The translations under genes and the position numbers were made by a program. A stretch of 32,862 bases of DNA from a virus. The notes under the pieces were generated by a model. The model was not told the origin of the DNA. It worked only from the letters and a program-made list of their open reading frames with translations, and searched no databases. The stretch spans positions 1 through 32,862 of IMG/VR virus record IMGVR_UViG_3300045597_000067. One strand, given 5' to 3'. Of the stretch, positions 1 through 8,688 are shown one piece after another (positions within the stretch are counted from its first letter, which is position 1; each line of letters opens with the position of its first letter).

Positions 1-127
1 TATTCACTGCTCCGAGTGTAGGACTGAGTGAGATTGCCGAGCGTGATAGTGGTGTCATCCGAAAGAGGGTCTAGCAAATCATCGTTTATCTGCAATACCC
101 GTCCACTGATACGGATAGGGCTAGGAT
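1..127. repeat. Terminal direct repeat, copy 1 (identical to 32736-32862); overlap of a circular assembly
   Basis: Read directly: the first 127 nt (tattcactgctccgagtgtagg...gatagggctaggat) recur exactly as the last 127 nt of the window. Confidence 0.95.
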
Positions 128-1112
128 ACGCCGTGTCAACTACCTGCACACTGTCACCGACACCTACAGCCGACCGGTCTTGCCCCTCGATGCCAAGCAC
201 ACTCACTGTCGCCTTGTATGACGCTTTCGGGCTTTTCATAAGGTTCAAATCAATCCGAGCGAGTGCAAGCAGAATGGCGGGGTCTTCGACTTCGGGGTAA
301 TCTTTCACTGCCATTGCGTGCTGCAAATGCCCGTTAGCGTCAGGTATGCCCCATACGTTCACGGCACTATCGTCCTGAATGTATGGCAGCCCGCCGTTAA
401 CATCTGCAATGCTTATCTTGCGCCCGTATACGCCTGTTTCGTCGCCGTTTTCGTCGGTTACCGCAAGCCCTTTGCCGTATGGGTACAAGCGGGTAATAAC
501 ATCGTCGGTGTCGATAGTCCGGGTAAGTCCCTTGAGATTGCGACCAAAGTCGAATCGTCTCGGAGTAGTACTGCCCTGCATTGCCGGTAGATTCACATAC
601 CGGGCAACAACGCGCGACTTATCAGCGCTCAGTGTGATGCTTGTGGTTATCTCAAGAGAGAAGGCATCCGCTGTGGCTTTCACTGCGGCAAGCCCCTTCG
701 TGTGGTAGAAGGCCAAGTCTGCGACATTGACGCGACCGACACCGACCGTGCCAACTGCCCATCTTGTACCCGACAACGCCTTTTCAAGACAGCCGCTAGC
801 GGTTGCGCCACGGTTGCGACGTTCTTCTATAACGAATATCGCCAGCTCTTGAATCGAGTTCACGAGACTGTACGAGAATTTGAGTTCGGTATCTCGCTCT
901 TGCTCGAAGTCGGTGATGATGTACTCTCGCGCCGTGTTGGTGCTGTCCAAGAAGATAATCCGGTCGCCCTTGTCGCATTGCGTCATGCACGTTAATTCCA
1001 TCGTGTCGGTACCGGTTACAGTGCGTTTGCGTTTGGCTTCACTTACATAGCCCAAACGTCCTAGGGGCTTCCCCCAACGGTCTGTCCGATAGAAGGCTAT
1101 TTGCTGCCCCAT
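1..1112 (-). CDS. Tal-like tail tip protein (prophage-tail / minor structural protein type), N-terminal part; continues across the circular junction into 31967-32735
   Basis: My own minus-strand translation from ATG 1112-1110 (MGQQIAFYRTDRWGKPLGRLGYV...) has no stop down to base 1. It ends ...LQINDDLLDPLSDDTTITLGNLTQSYTRSSEY, the same peptide that opens ORF 31967..32830. It is in frame (1112-95 = 1017 nt). Its start overlaps the stop of the Dit gene by 1 nt. It lies downstream of TMP and Dit. The ORF track misses it because there is no stop inside the window. Confidence 0.85.
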   Translation of the reverse strand, partial: MGQQIAFYRTDRWGKPLGRLGYVSEAKRKRTVTGTDTMELTCMTQCDKGDRIIFLDSTNTAREYIITDFEQERDTELKFSYSLVNSIQELAIFVIEERRNRGATASGCLEKALSGTRWAVGTVGVGRVNVADLAFYHTKGLAAVKATADAFSLEITTSITLSADKSRVVARYVNLPAMQGSTTPRRFDFGRNLKGLTRTIDTDDVITRLYPYGKGLAVTDENGDETGVYGRKISIADVNGGLPYIQDDSAVNVWGIPDANGHLQHAMAVKDYPEVEDPAILLALARIDLNLMKSPKASYKATVSVLGIEGQDRSAVGVGDSVQVVDTAYPSPIRISGRVLQINDDLLDPLSDDTTITLGNLTQSYTRSSE

Positions 1113-1927
1113 CACATCCCCCATTCTTCCCGATATACCATGTCGCCGCCGAGACCATTCATGATAATCTGCTGTGCCCCCGGGCGAAGCTCCCAAAAAT
1201 CTGTAGATATATCCATCGAGTAAACCGGGTTGCTGTTCATCGTGACCGTGCCAGCGGCCATATCAATGACTAAATTCAGGTCAGCCGGGAATGCTATGCC
1301 GCTAGGAGAGTTAACAGTAAGTTTGCGGTCAGCCACAGTGTTAGAGAGCATCTTAGCGGATACGGATATTGCTGTGGTGCCGCCCACTGTTTTCGCATTG
1401 AACACGGGTAGTGCCCCCCGGTTGCCGCCTATGTTGACTGTAGGTGTCCCATTGTTGGGGATAGTCACCTTGCGAAGGTCTGAGAGCATATTCGGGTGAG
1501 CGTCAAGAGAGAGTTTCACAGAAGCCATAATGAACTGACCGAAGCCGTTGCGGGTTATATCCCATTCACCCACTTCAAGACGGCCATACCAATACCCGGG
1601 GTACAACTCGTCTTGCAAGGTGACTATTTGCCCTTTGAGAGCGCCGAGCGCGAGTACCGAGTCTCGGTACTCGCTTTCACTGCCCACGCTGCCAACGGTC
1701 ACAACCACCGTTCTACGCCCCTCAAACGGTCGGGACGCATAATCTACCAAGCTCACGTCGATAGAGCCACCACGCCCCGGGATTGTACGATAACGGGCAC
1801 TTGGAGACACTGCGCCCACCTGCACACCATTCTTGTGCAGCCATAAGCCGTAATGCTCAAGGTATTCGCCATTGAGTTTCACGCGCTTATCAGGCAGCAC
1901 TAAATCTCTTGGAACAATCACGCTCAT
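1112..1927 (-). CDS. Putative distal tail protein (Dit)
   Basis: A 271-aa ORF that overlaps the TMP stop by 4 nt and the Tal start by 1 nt. Function is inferred from size and from its position between TMP and Tal. Confidence 0.6.
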   Translation of the reverse strand: MSVIVPRDLVLPDKRVKLNGEYLEHYGLWLHKNGVQVGAVSPSARYRTIPGRGGSIDVSLVDYASRPFEGRRTVVVTVGSVGSESEYRDSVLALGALKGQIVTLQDELYPGYWYGRLEVGEWDITRNGFGQFIMASVKLSLDAHPNMLSDLRKVTIPNNGTPTVNIGGNRGALPVFNAKTVGGTTAISVSAKMLSNTVADRKLTVNSPSGIAFPADLNLVIDMAAGTVTMNSNPVYSMDISTDFWELRPGAQQIIMNGLGGDMVYREEWGM

Positions 1928-4900
1928 AGCCCTACACTCTCCCTCTTGCGCTTCTTTTCAAGCTTATCGTCCAAGTCGTTAACCACCCATGCAGCGGCTT
2001 CGGACGGGTCTTTCATGACCTTAACGGACGGTACCCTATTCAGCGCGTCAGCGAAGGCCATTGCGAGAGCTTGCACCATCGCGTCGGTGTTGTCTGTGGT
2101 AGTCGTTGCCGGGTCAAGCGCCACGCTTTGACCGGCGAAGGGAAGGTCTGAGGAAGTATAGGTTTGCTCAGGAACCTTGCCAGCGGCCACGAGGTCTACA
2201 GCCATATCGCCTACAGCGTCGAGAGCGCTATCTTCGTTCGCTTCGACACCGACCGCGATACCTGCGGGTATCCACTTGCCAATTTGGTCGCGCATGACCT
2301 TCGACGGCGAACCGATATGCAGCACGCCCTTAGCCCAATTCACTACCGAGCTGCCAAGATTGCTAATCGTATTCTTGAGCCAAGTAAACGCCCCCGTGAT
2401 ACCACCGATAAGCCCTGAGATGATGTCACGGCCAACGCTAGTGAGCCATGAACCTGCGCCGCTCAAAGCACCCATGATGGTGTTCTTGATGCCGCCGACT
2501 ATGCCGCCGATAGCATTCACCGCCGAGCTGACAGCGCTCGTCATCCCGTTCCAAATGCCCGAGAAGAAGCTAGAAATACCGCTCCACACGGCTGTCCAAG
2601 TGCCACGAATACCGTTAATCACGCCGGATATGACCGAAGCGATAGCGGTAATCACGGTCGCGGCCACATTGCGCACACCATTCCACACCGCACCGAAGAA
2701 CGTGCTGATGCCATTCCAAATGCTCGACCAAGTAGAGCTAATCGCATTGAGCACAGCGCTAATCGTGCTGCTGATTGCATTGATTATCGGCGTAAACGTG
2801 TTCTTCATGCCATTCCACAGCGCACTAAAGAAGCTGCTGATAGCTCCCCAAATGCTCGACCAAGTGGATTGAATACCGCTGATTACCGAGCTAATCGTCG
2901 TGCTAATCGCCTGAATGATAGGCGTGAAGAACGACACCATAGCATTCCACACGGCTGTGAATGCTCCGCTGATGGTATTCCAAATCGTTACCCAAATGGC
3001 GGCTATGACGATAAGCACATCGTAGATAACCGTGTAGATGCCCTGAATGATAGGCGCAACGAAGTTATAGATGTTGGTGAGAATAGTGCTAATCGTCGTG
3101 TAGATGCCGTTCCACACCGTGCTGATGAACTCGCCTATAGACGTGAATATCGAGCTGATGGTGTTGCCTATCATCGTGAAGAAGTCGACAACAGCAGTCC
3201 AAGCGGTTTGCACACCGTTAGCAGCGCCATTGAATACCGACACTATGCCGTCCCACAAGCCAGTGAAGAAGTCCGAGATAGCTTGCCAAGCGGTTTGCAG
3301 CCAAGACATGAACGACTGCCAAATCTGCTTACCTGTCTCTGTCTGAGTGAAGAACCACACGAGAGCACCGACAAGCGCCGTTATAGCGATGATGATTAGC
3401 GAGATAGGGTTCATCGACATCACGAAGTTGAAGGCCGTCTGAATAGCGGTGCCTATCTTGGTTATGATGCTCCAAGCCTTAATAGCCGCCGTCCATATAC
3501 CGAATGCGGCAGCCACGGCGGTGATACCCGCCGCAATGGGTTGCAACCAGTCCGGCATCGCGCCTATCGCTCCAATGATTGAATCTGTGAACGCTCCCGC
3601 AAGCTGCAAGGCAGCGTTGGCAATATCGGGGATGTGCTCGATGATGCCTGACACCAAAGAGCCAACTAGGTTCACCGCCAATGCGCCTATCTGCTCCACG
3701 TTCTGCGAGATGCCGTCAGCCAACCCGGTCACCAATGCGGCGGCCACATCAATCAGTGCGGGCACGTTCGATATGACACCCTCAGCCAACGCAAGAACCA
3801 TGTCCATGCCCTGCTGAGCAAGCGCCGGTAGATTACCTTGTATCCAAGTGGTCAATCCGCCGAGCGCAGCGGGTACTTGGTCACTGAGCGCCGACGTGAG
3901 CATGTCCATCACAGTGGATAGCAGAGAACCTAGGCTCGATATGATGCTGCCCCCGAACGAACCAAGCAACCCGGGAAGGATAGCCGCCGCTGTCTTGACA
4001 ACCTCGGGCAGTGCAGCGCCGATACCTGCGAGTATCTGAGAGATAACCGGCATCACGTTTTGCATCACCGTGTTAAAACTCCCGATAAGCTCTTGCGTCA
4101 TGCCTGAGAGGTCAGCGTCAGGGTTACCCAACGCGGTCAGCCAGTTCTCCCAGCTTGCCTTCATCATGTTCACAGAGCCTTCGACCGTGGTAGCGGCTTC
4201 CTTGGCTGTGGTGCCGGTTATGCCCATCTCGCCCTGCATGATGTGGATTGCCGATACAACGTCGCTGAATTTGTCGATAGAGAGGTCGCCCATCTCACCG
4301 TTAGCAACTTTGACTTTGTTCGCGTCCTGAATCATGCGCTCCATCTCGGTCTTGGTACCGCCGTAACCGAGCTTGAGGTTATCGAGCATGGCATAGTTGC
4401 CACGCGCTAGAGACTGATAGGTGCCCTGAATCGACTCGATAGAGCTGCCCATCTTGTTCGCGTTATCGGACATATCGGTGAGTGCGGTGTTGCCAAGCTC
4501 GGCGGCCTTCTTGGTATCACCGCCGAGAGAACTCACAAGTGATGCAGCGAACGATGTCACCTGATTCATGTACGTGTTGGCGCTCACACCGGCTGTCTTG
4601 TAAGCATTCGCTGCATATTGCTGCACAGTGGCCGAAGAGTCCTTGAATAGGGTATCTACGCCACCCACTGCTTGCTGATATGTCGAGTAGGCGCTCAGTG
4701 CGCTCTTACCTATCGCTATGGTCGCCGTACCGACCGCGACACTTCCCGCGACAATCGTTGTCGCTGCTGCCTTGGCAAGCCCGCCTATCTTCGTCATGAC
4801 AGCGCCGAAGGCGTTGTGATGCTGCGAGGAATTATCGGCGCTCTTCGCGGCATCACTTGTGGACTTCTTTATCTGCTCATTCGACTTATTGATGTCGTTA

Positions 4901-4965
4901 GCGCCCTTGACATAACCGTTAGTGTCAATGATTGCGTTAAGTATGAGCTTGCCAATGTCAGCCAC
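1924..4965 (-). CDS. Tape measure protein
   Basis: The largest ORF (1013 aa), with a GTG start after GAGAGG. It sits between the chaperone-position genes and Dit. It has an Ala/Gly/Ser-rich helical N-terminus, a hydrophobic centre and aromatic W/F repeats. Confidence 0.9.
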   Translation of the reverse strand: MADIGKLILNAIIDTNGYVKGANDINKSNEQIKKSTSDAAKSADNSSQHHNAFGAVMTKIGGLAKAAATTIVAGSVAVGTATIAIGKSALSAYSTYQQAVGGVDTLFKDSSATVQQYAANAYKTAGVSANTYMNQVTSFAASLVSSLGGDTKKAAELGNTALTDMSDNANKMGSSIESIQGTYQSLARGNYAMLDNLKLGYGGTKTEMERMIQDANKVKVANGEMGDLSIDKFSDVVSAIHIMQGEMGITGTTAKEAATTVEGSVNMMKASWENWLTALGNPDADLSGMTQELIGSFNTVMQNVMPVISQILAGIGAALPEVVKTAAAILPGLLGSFGGSIISSLGSLLSTVMDMLTSALSDQVPAALGGLTTWIQGNLPALAQQGMDMVLALAEGVISNVPALIDVAAALVTGLADGISQNVEQIGALAVNLVGSLVSGIIEHIPDIANAALQLAGAFTDSIIGAIGAMPDWLQPIAAGITAVAAAFGIWTAAIKAWSIITKIGTAIQTAFNFVMSMNPISLIIIAITALVGALVWFFTQTETGKQIWQSFMSWLQTAWQAISDFFTGLWDGIVSVFNGAANGVQTAWTAVVDFFTMIGNTISSIFTSIGEFISTVWNGIYTTISTILTNIYNFVAPIIQGIYTVIYDVLIVIAAIWVTIWNTISGAFTAVWNAMVSFFTPIIQAISTTISSVISGIQSTWSSIWGAISSFFSALWNGMKNTFTPIINAISSTISAVLNAISSTWSSIWNGISTFFGAVWNGVRNVAATVITAIASVISGVINGIRGTWTAVWSGISSFFSGIWNGMTSAVSSAVNAIGGIVGGIKNTIMGALSGAGSWLTSVGRDIISGLIGGITGAFTWLKNTISNLGSSVVNWAKGVLHIGSPSKVMRDQIGKWIPAGIAVGVEANEDSALDAVGDMAVDLVAAGKVPEQTYTSSDLPFAGQSVALDPATTTTDNTDAMVQALAMAFADALNRVPSVKVMKDPSEAAAWVVNDLDDKLEKKRKRESVGL
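2388..3288 (-). repeat. Degenerate tandem protein repeats inside the TMP (about 44 aa = 4 x 11, W/F-periodic)
   Basis: Consecutive units STWSSIWGAISSFFSALWNGMKNTF..., STWSSIWNGISTFFGAVWNGVRNVA... and GTWTAVWSGISSFFSGIWNGMTSAV..., with more degenerate copies upstream. Boundaries are approximate. Confidence 0.7.
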
Positions 4966-4969
4966 GGGA

Positions 4970-5299
4970 CTACCTCTCTAAGCGTTTCTTGATTATCTTC
5001 TCGGTCTCAGCAGCACCCTTACTGCCCGCCATGCCCAAATTGACCGCCATACGCATATCATTGAGCAAAATAGCTGAGTGCTTGCTGTCCTCATACCGGC
5101 CAGCCATTAACAAATCGAGAAACGCTGCTGCTGTCAGCTCACCTCTAATAGCAGCTTGCACGCCCCCCCAGCCGTAATATCGGCCAAATTCAGCCAACAT
5201 ATCAGCCGGGGTAACCTGCTTTTTGAGACTCTGCTTCTGCTTCCACTTATTGAAGTTGGAGCGTTCTGTCTCGGTGAGTTCTTCCGACCACCTGCCCAC
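4970..5299 (-). CDS. Hypothetical protein in the gpT-like tail assembly chaperone position
   Basis: A 109-aa ORF with a GTG start 10 nt after AAGGA, immediately upstream of the TMP. It is in the same frame as the preceding gene but separated from it by TAG TAA. Confidence 0.55.
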   Translation of the reverse strand: MGRWSEELTETERSNFNKWKQKQSLKKQVTPADMLAEFGRYYGWGGVQAAIRGELTAAAFLDLLMAGRYEDSKHSAILLNDMRMAVNLGMAGSKGAAETEKIIKKRLER

Positions 5300-5302
5300 T
5301 TA

Positions 5303-5710
5303 CTACTTGTCCTTGCGGATATTCGGGACGGCGTACTGCATGAGGTCAGTCATCACCGTTCGATAGGCGGCCAGGTGCTTCACTTGTGACTGCCACTCGC
5401 TGAATTTGTCGGCGGGGGTAATCATCGGCACAATGATGGCAAACATCGTGTCTTGCATCTTCTTGACCGTCTTGGCGTTCTCTCCCTGAGCTTGCAGTGA
5501 TTGAATCGCCTGATTCTTGGATACGACTTTGAAGTAATCGTCACTGGAAAGCGGGCGAAGATGATACTGCACGCCGTCGAGTACAAACGGCTTATTGCGG
5601 GTAGCTTCCCGAGTATCGAATACCGGCATCGACGGGGTGTCATCCTCGGTATCTTCGGTATCCAGCTCTTCGGCTTCGGTCGCTTCTACCTGATTCTTTT
5701 CGCTTGACAT
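5303..5710 (-). CDS. Putative tail assembly chaperone (gpG position)
   Basis: A 135-aa ORF with an acidic N-terminus, between the major tail protein and TMP. The call rests on synteny. Confidence 0.55.
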   Translation of the reverse strand: MSSEKNQVEATEAEELDTEDTEDDTPSMPVFDTREATRNKPFVLDGVQYHLRPLSSDDYFKVVSKNQAIQSLQAQGENAKTVKKMQDTMFAIIVPMITPADKFSEWQSQVKHLAAYRTVMTDLMQYAVPNIRKDK

Positions 5711-5771
5711 GTGATTAATTCCTAACGTTGTAAATGGTTGCGGTTAACAGTTGCGTGTGTTTCGTTGCGGC

Positions 5772-6356
5772 TCAGCCTTCGCCGCCACCGGCTGTGATAG
5801 GCTCAAACCTCTGCGTATCCGGGTTGTACTTGCTCGGGCCAGTGAGCAGTCCCTCACCGATAACCACCGGGCCAATAGCGTTCGGCATCGGGTGAATCTG
5901 CAACTCAACATCCACCGGGTCATTCGAGAAGGTCAACTCTGCGGTGTTCTCGATAACGGCTGCGGGGAACCAAATATCGTTAGCGGAATTGTCATCACAC
6001 GCATTGTGGATAACAACGGGCTTCGAGATATGGCGCTTGCAAGTGCCAGCGCCGAACACGACGCGACCTGCTTCGTTTTCCTCGCCCTCACCATAGTTGT
6101 GCGTGGCCTTCTGCCACAAATCGGGGAACAGTTTGCCAAGGAACCGGGCACTTGGAATGTGAACGGTAATCTTGGCCGTCACTTCGTCATATGTGCCGTT
6201 TGGCAGATTGAATGTCATAGACTGCGAAGGAATCTCCGTAGTGCCCTCGGTAACGGTGACCGTTCCGACCTCTTTAGCTACGAAGTCGGGGTCAATCACC
6301 TCGCTACCAATGTAAACGGTCTTTTTCCCGATAAGCGGGAAGTCTCTGTAAGCCAT
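5772..6356 (-). CDS. Putative major tail protein
   Basis: A 194-aa ORF with ATG 9 nt after GAAAGGG. It lies between the neck genes and the chaperone genes. Confidence 0.6.
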   Translation of the reverse strand: MAYRDFPLIGKKTVYIGSEVIDPDFVAKEVGTVTVTEGTTEIPSQSMTFNLPNGTYDEVTAKITVHIPSARFLGKLFPDLWQKATHNYGEGEENEAGRVVFGAGTCKRHISKPVVIHNACDDNSANDIWFPAAVIENTAELTFSNDPVDVELQIHPMPNAIGPVVIGEGLLTGPSKYNPDTQRFEPITAGGGEG

Positions 6357-6420
6357 ATTGCTTGCCCTTTCGTTCAGGCGGGAACGAGAAACACGACTGA
6401 ACTAATGGACACTACCGATT

Positions 6421-6858
6421 CTAGCTGATGGAAGGAAGATTGCTCGGCAGCTTGTAGGTAACTGCGAAGCCAACAGACTTCACTAGCCTCCCTTCACCGT
6501 CCACCGTATCGAGATTGATTGATGTGCCGTCGCTAAATTCCACAACGGGAAACTCTACCCCAGGCTGCACGGGTGCGGTACTGAGCTTGCACTCGTGCTT
6601 GAGACTGTCCCTAATCCACTTGAGCAAGTGCAGCAGATAACGGCCTTGCTGCAAAATGTCCGTGAACCGAGTGCTGATGGTCACCACGTCAGTGAATGTG
6701 CCCAAGCCACTGTCCTGCGTTGTGGAATTTACCCACACTCCCCAGTCGTTGTCGTTTGCGAACGTGTCGAGCGTTGGTGCCAAATTCCAAAACAACGTCT
6801 CTCCATACTCGCCAAGCTCCGCGTCCTGCATAGCCATTGCGATTGCCAAATCTATCAT
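6421..6858 (-). CDS. Putative tail terminator / tail completion protein
   Basis: A 145-aa ORF whose start overlaps the stop of the upstream gene. The call rests on synteny only. Confidence 0.45.
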   Translation of the reverse strand: MIDLAIAMAMQDAELGEYGETLFWNLAPTLDTFANDNDWGVWVNSTTQDSGLGTFTDVVTISTRFTDILQQGRYLLHLLKWIRDSLKHECKLSTAPVQPGVEFPVVEFSDGTSINLDTVDGEGRLVKSVGFAVTYKLPSNLPSIS

Positions 6859-7211
6859 TAGCTAAATTCCTTCATGAAGTAACTCTCGGCCTTAGCGCTC
6901 ACACTCTCGCTAGCCCGCTTCAAATAGAAGCGCGTGCCGGGATTGAGGTTATTCTCATACTCGCGCCGCTTGGCGTAGGGGACTGAGCCGCCACCGAACG
7001 CGACTATGTAACTCATATCCCCCTGCTTCTCGACTCTGCCCGATGCTTTCAGCAGACCGGGTATCGCATAGCGTCGGCTACCACGCCATATAGGTGCGTT
7101 CATCGCAGCCTTCGAGTGAATGTCGGTGACCATCGCGGCAAGCCCAGCAGCTAGCTTGCGCTCTCCCTGAGATTGCCACGTTCGGTCTATCACAAAGCTG
7201 TAGCTGCTCAT
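6858..7211 (-). CDS. Putative neck protein (HK97 gp10-like position)
   Basis: A 117-aa ORF with a 4-nt overlap with the upstream gene. Call is from synteny and size. Confidence 0.45.
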   Translation of the reverse strand: MSSYSFVIDRTWQSQGERKLAAGLAAMVTDIHSKAAMNAPIWRGSRRYAIPGLLKASGRVEKQGDMSYIVAFGGGSVPYAKRREYENNLNPGTRFYLKRASESVSAKAESYFMKEFS

Positions 7212-7591
7212 TGCGAGTTCTTCCCGTAGGGCATGGCTAGGACGGTCAGGAAGCGTGTAACGCCTTCGTCCATGTCATCGCCCCGGCTAGCGTCATTAAC
7301 CTGATAGCGTCTGCCCTTATCGGTCACAAACACGAGGTTGAGCATCCCCTCGGGGTCAGCGGCATACGACTCGGGCAAGGTGCTCGGCTCGATGTGGATA
7401 CGACGTGCCAGCGCACGCGACTGATATTGCACGCTCGGCGCATCGTTGTTCGTAGACCGCTTGATAATGACTCGCACGTTATCGGCCAGCTTCTCATTAG
7501 CGGTGCCAGCAGCCTTGTACTTCCACAGTTCGCACGTTTCGACCTGCTCGGGGAACAAATCGAAGGGGTTACAGTCCATGACGTTCACCAT
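7208..7591 (-). CDS. Putative head closure / head-tail adaptor protein
   Basis: A 127-aa ORF that overlaps both neighbours. The call rests on synteny only. Confidence 0.45.
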   Translation of the reverse strand: MVNVMDCNPFDLFPEQVETCELWKYKAAGTANEKLADNVRVIIKRSTNNDAPSVQYQSRALARRIHIEPSTLPESYAADPEGMLNLVFVTDKGRRYQVNDASRGDDMDEGVTRFLTVLAMPYGKNSQ

Positions 7592-8271
7592 AGCCCCCTT
7601 GCCGCTCTCGGATAGTCCGCGTCATTCACCCAATATGGCGCGTTATCGAGCTTGTGGGGGAACGACAGCGTGCCGAGGTGATACTTGTCGGCGCACAAGC
7701 TCCACATATCCACAATGCCCTGAATCGACTGCAAGGCAGCTTCTTCGGGTGAGAGCGTCAGCTTCTCCGTGGCCGTCCTATCGACCTTCACATCCTCGAT
7801 GCTTTTACTCGTGATGTAGTCGGTGCCACTGTCCCGGTCGCTGAATGCCGCCATAAGCGCTATGAGCGCGTTTTTAAGCGAATCCGGTAACATTGTGAAG
7901 CCGTACTCTCCTGAGACGCTGAGCGCCCGCCAGTAGCCGTAATTCGGCGTGCTCAGAGTCACTATCCGCCCGTACTGTGCCGGTACGATAGATTCTTCCG
8001 TCTGTACATCCCCGACCGTTGGCGTGAACGTGAATGCGAGTTCATGCGCTCCGTCCATCACTTTCGTGACCGTGCTAAACCACGAGGGCAGCAGCACGCT
8101 CACGCCGTCCTCTTGCACGATACCGATTTGCTCACCGGTCAGGTGAGTGGCTACAGCACCGCATGTCAGGTCATTCAATCGCACGACAGCGTTTTGCAGA
8201 TAGTTGCGAATGAGATTCTTGCCGTCCAGTTTCGGCTTGAGCTTGGTAACATCTTCTGCTGTTAACAGCAT
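7585..8271 (-). CDS. Putative head-tail connector protein
   Basis: A 228-aa ORF, the first gene after the post-capsid hairpin. Its N-terminus (LTAEDVTKLKPKLDGKN..LIRNYLQNAV) resembles gp6-type connector starts. The functional call is weak. Confidence 0.4.
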   Translation of the reverse strand: MLLTAEDVTKLKPKLDGKNLIRNYLQNAVVRLNDLTCGAVATHLTGEQIGIVQEDGVSVLLPSWFSTVTKVMDGAHELAFTFTPTVGDVQTEESIVPAQYGRIVTLSTPNYGYWRALSVSGEYGFTMLPDSLKNALIALMAAFSDRDSGTDYITSKSIEDVKVDRTATEKLTLSPEEAALQSIQGIVDMWSLCADKYHLGTLSFPHKLDNAPYWVNDADYPRAARGLW

Positions 8272-8295
8272 GGTTTACCACCCTTTCAGTATGAG

Positions 8296-8331
8296 GAAAG
8301 CCCCGCACAGTCGTAACCGTGTGGGGCTTTC
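8296..8331 (-). terminator. GC-rich hairpin downstream of the capsid genes (possible attenuator or terminator, no U-tract)
   Basis: gaaagccccgcac / gtgtggggctttc arms with a 10-nt loop. There is one mismatch (A.C on the minus-strand RNA). It lies in the 119-bp gap between 8391..8672 and 7585..8271. Confidence 0.4.
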
Positions 8332-8390
8332 CTAGCGTTTCTCGTTCCGCCGCTCATATCGTACCACTGTAACGAGAATCAATAGCATTA

Positions 8391-8672
8391 CTAGCCGACC
8401 TGCACAACAATGCCGGACTGCACAAGCAACTCAGTAAGGCCGTTCACCGCGTCAACAAGCTCGTTATACTCTTCCATCGTTGGGGCAGCCGTAGCCTTAT
8501 CCACAATGGGAAGAGCGCCAGCATGTGACACCGTTTTCAGGCCAGCAAGCCCGAGCGACTTACCATCCGCGCCAATGATGTTGAGAATCTTGACACTTTG
8601 GTTCGCGTCCTTCGGCATGTCAGCAGTCCCCAAACGAGTGAACTGCACTGCCTGATTCAAAGCGTTAGCCAT
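8391..8672 (-). CDS. Hypothetical head-associated protein (decoration or accessory position)
   Basis: A 93-aa ORF directly after the capsid gene and before the hairpin. Confidence 0.5.
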   Translation of the reverse strand: MANALNQAVQFTRLGTADMPKDANQSVKILNIIGADGKSLGLAGLKTVSHAGALPIVDKATAAPTMEEYNELVDAVNGLTELLVQSGIVVQVG

Positions 8673-8688
8673 GACTCACACCTCTCTC

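Noticed and set aside
28-995. Four plus-strand ORFs (28..300, 318..590, 379..708, 702..995) and a minus-strand ORF 796..990
   Set aside because: They lie antisense to, or out of frame with, a continuous minus-strand reading frame (1112 -> 1). That frame translates into a coherent tail protein and joins the ORF at the other window end. These ORFs have GTG-type starts without an RBS.
2177-3399. Long plus-strand ORFs (231 aa and 176 aa) inside the tape measure gene
   Set aside because: They are shadow ORFs produced by the repetitive, compositionally biased TMP sequence. They have no RBS, and they are antisense to an obviously real 1013-aa gene.
5751-6428. A 225-aa plus-strand ORF opposite the major tail protein gene
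   Set aside because: It is antisense to a gene with a strong RBS in a tightly packed minus-strand operon. Its translation is Arg/Cys-rich and looks like nonsense.
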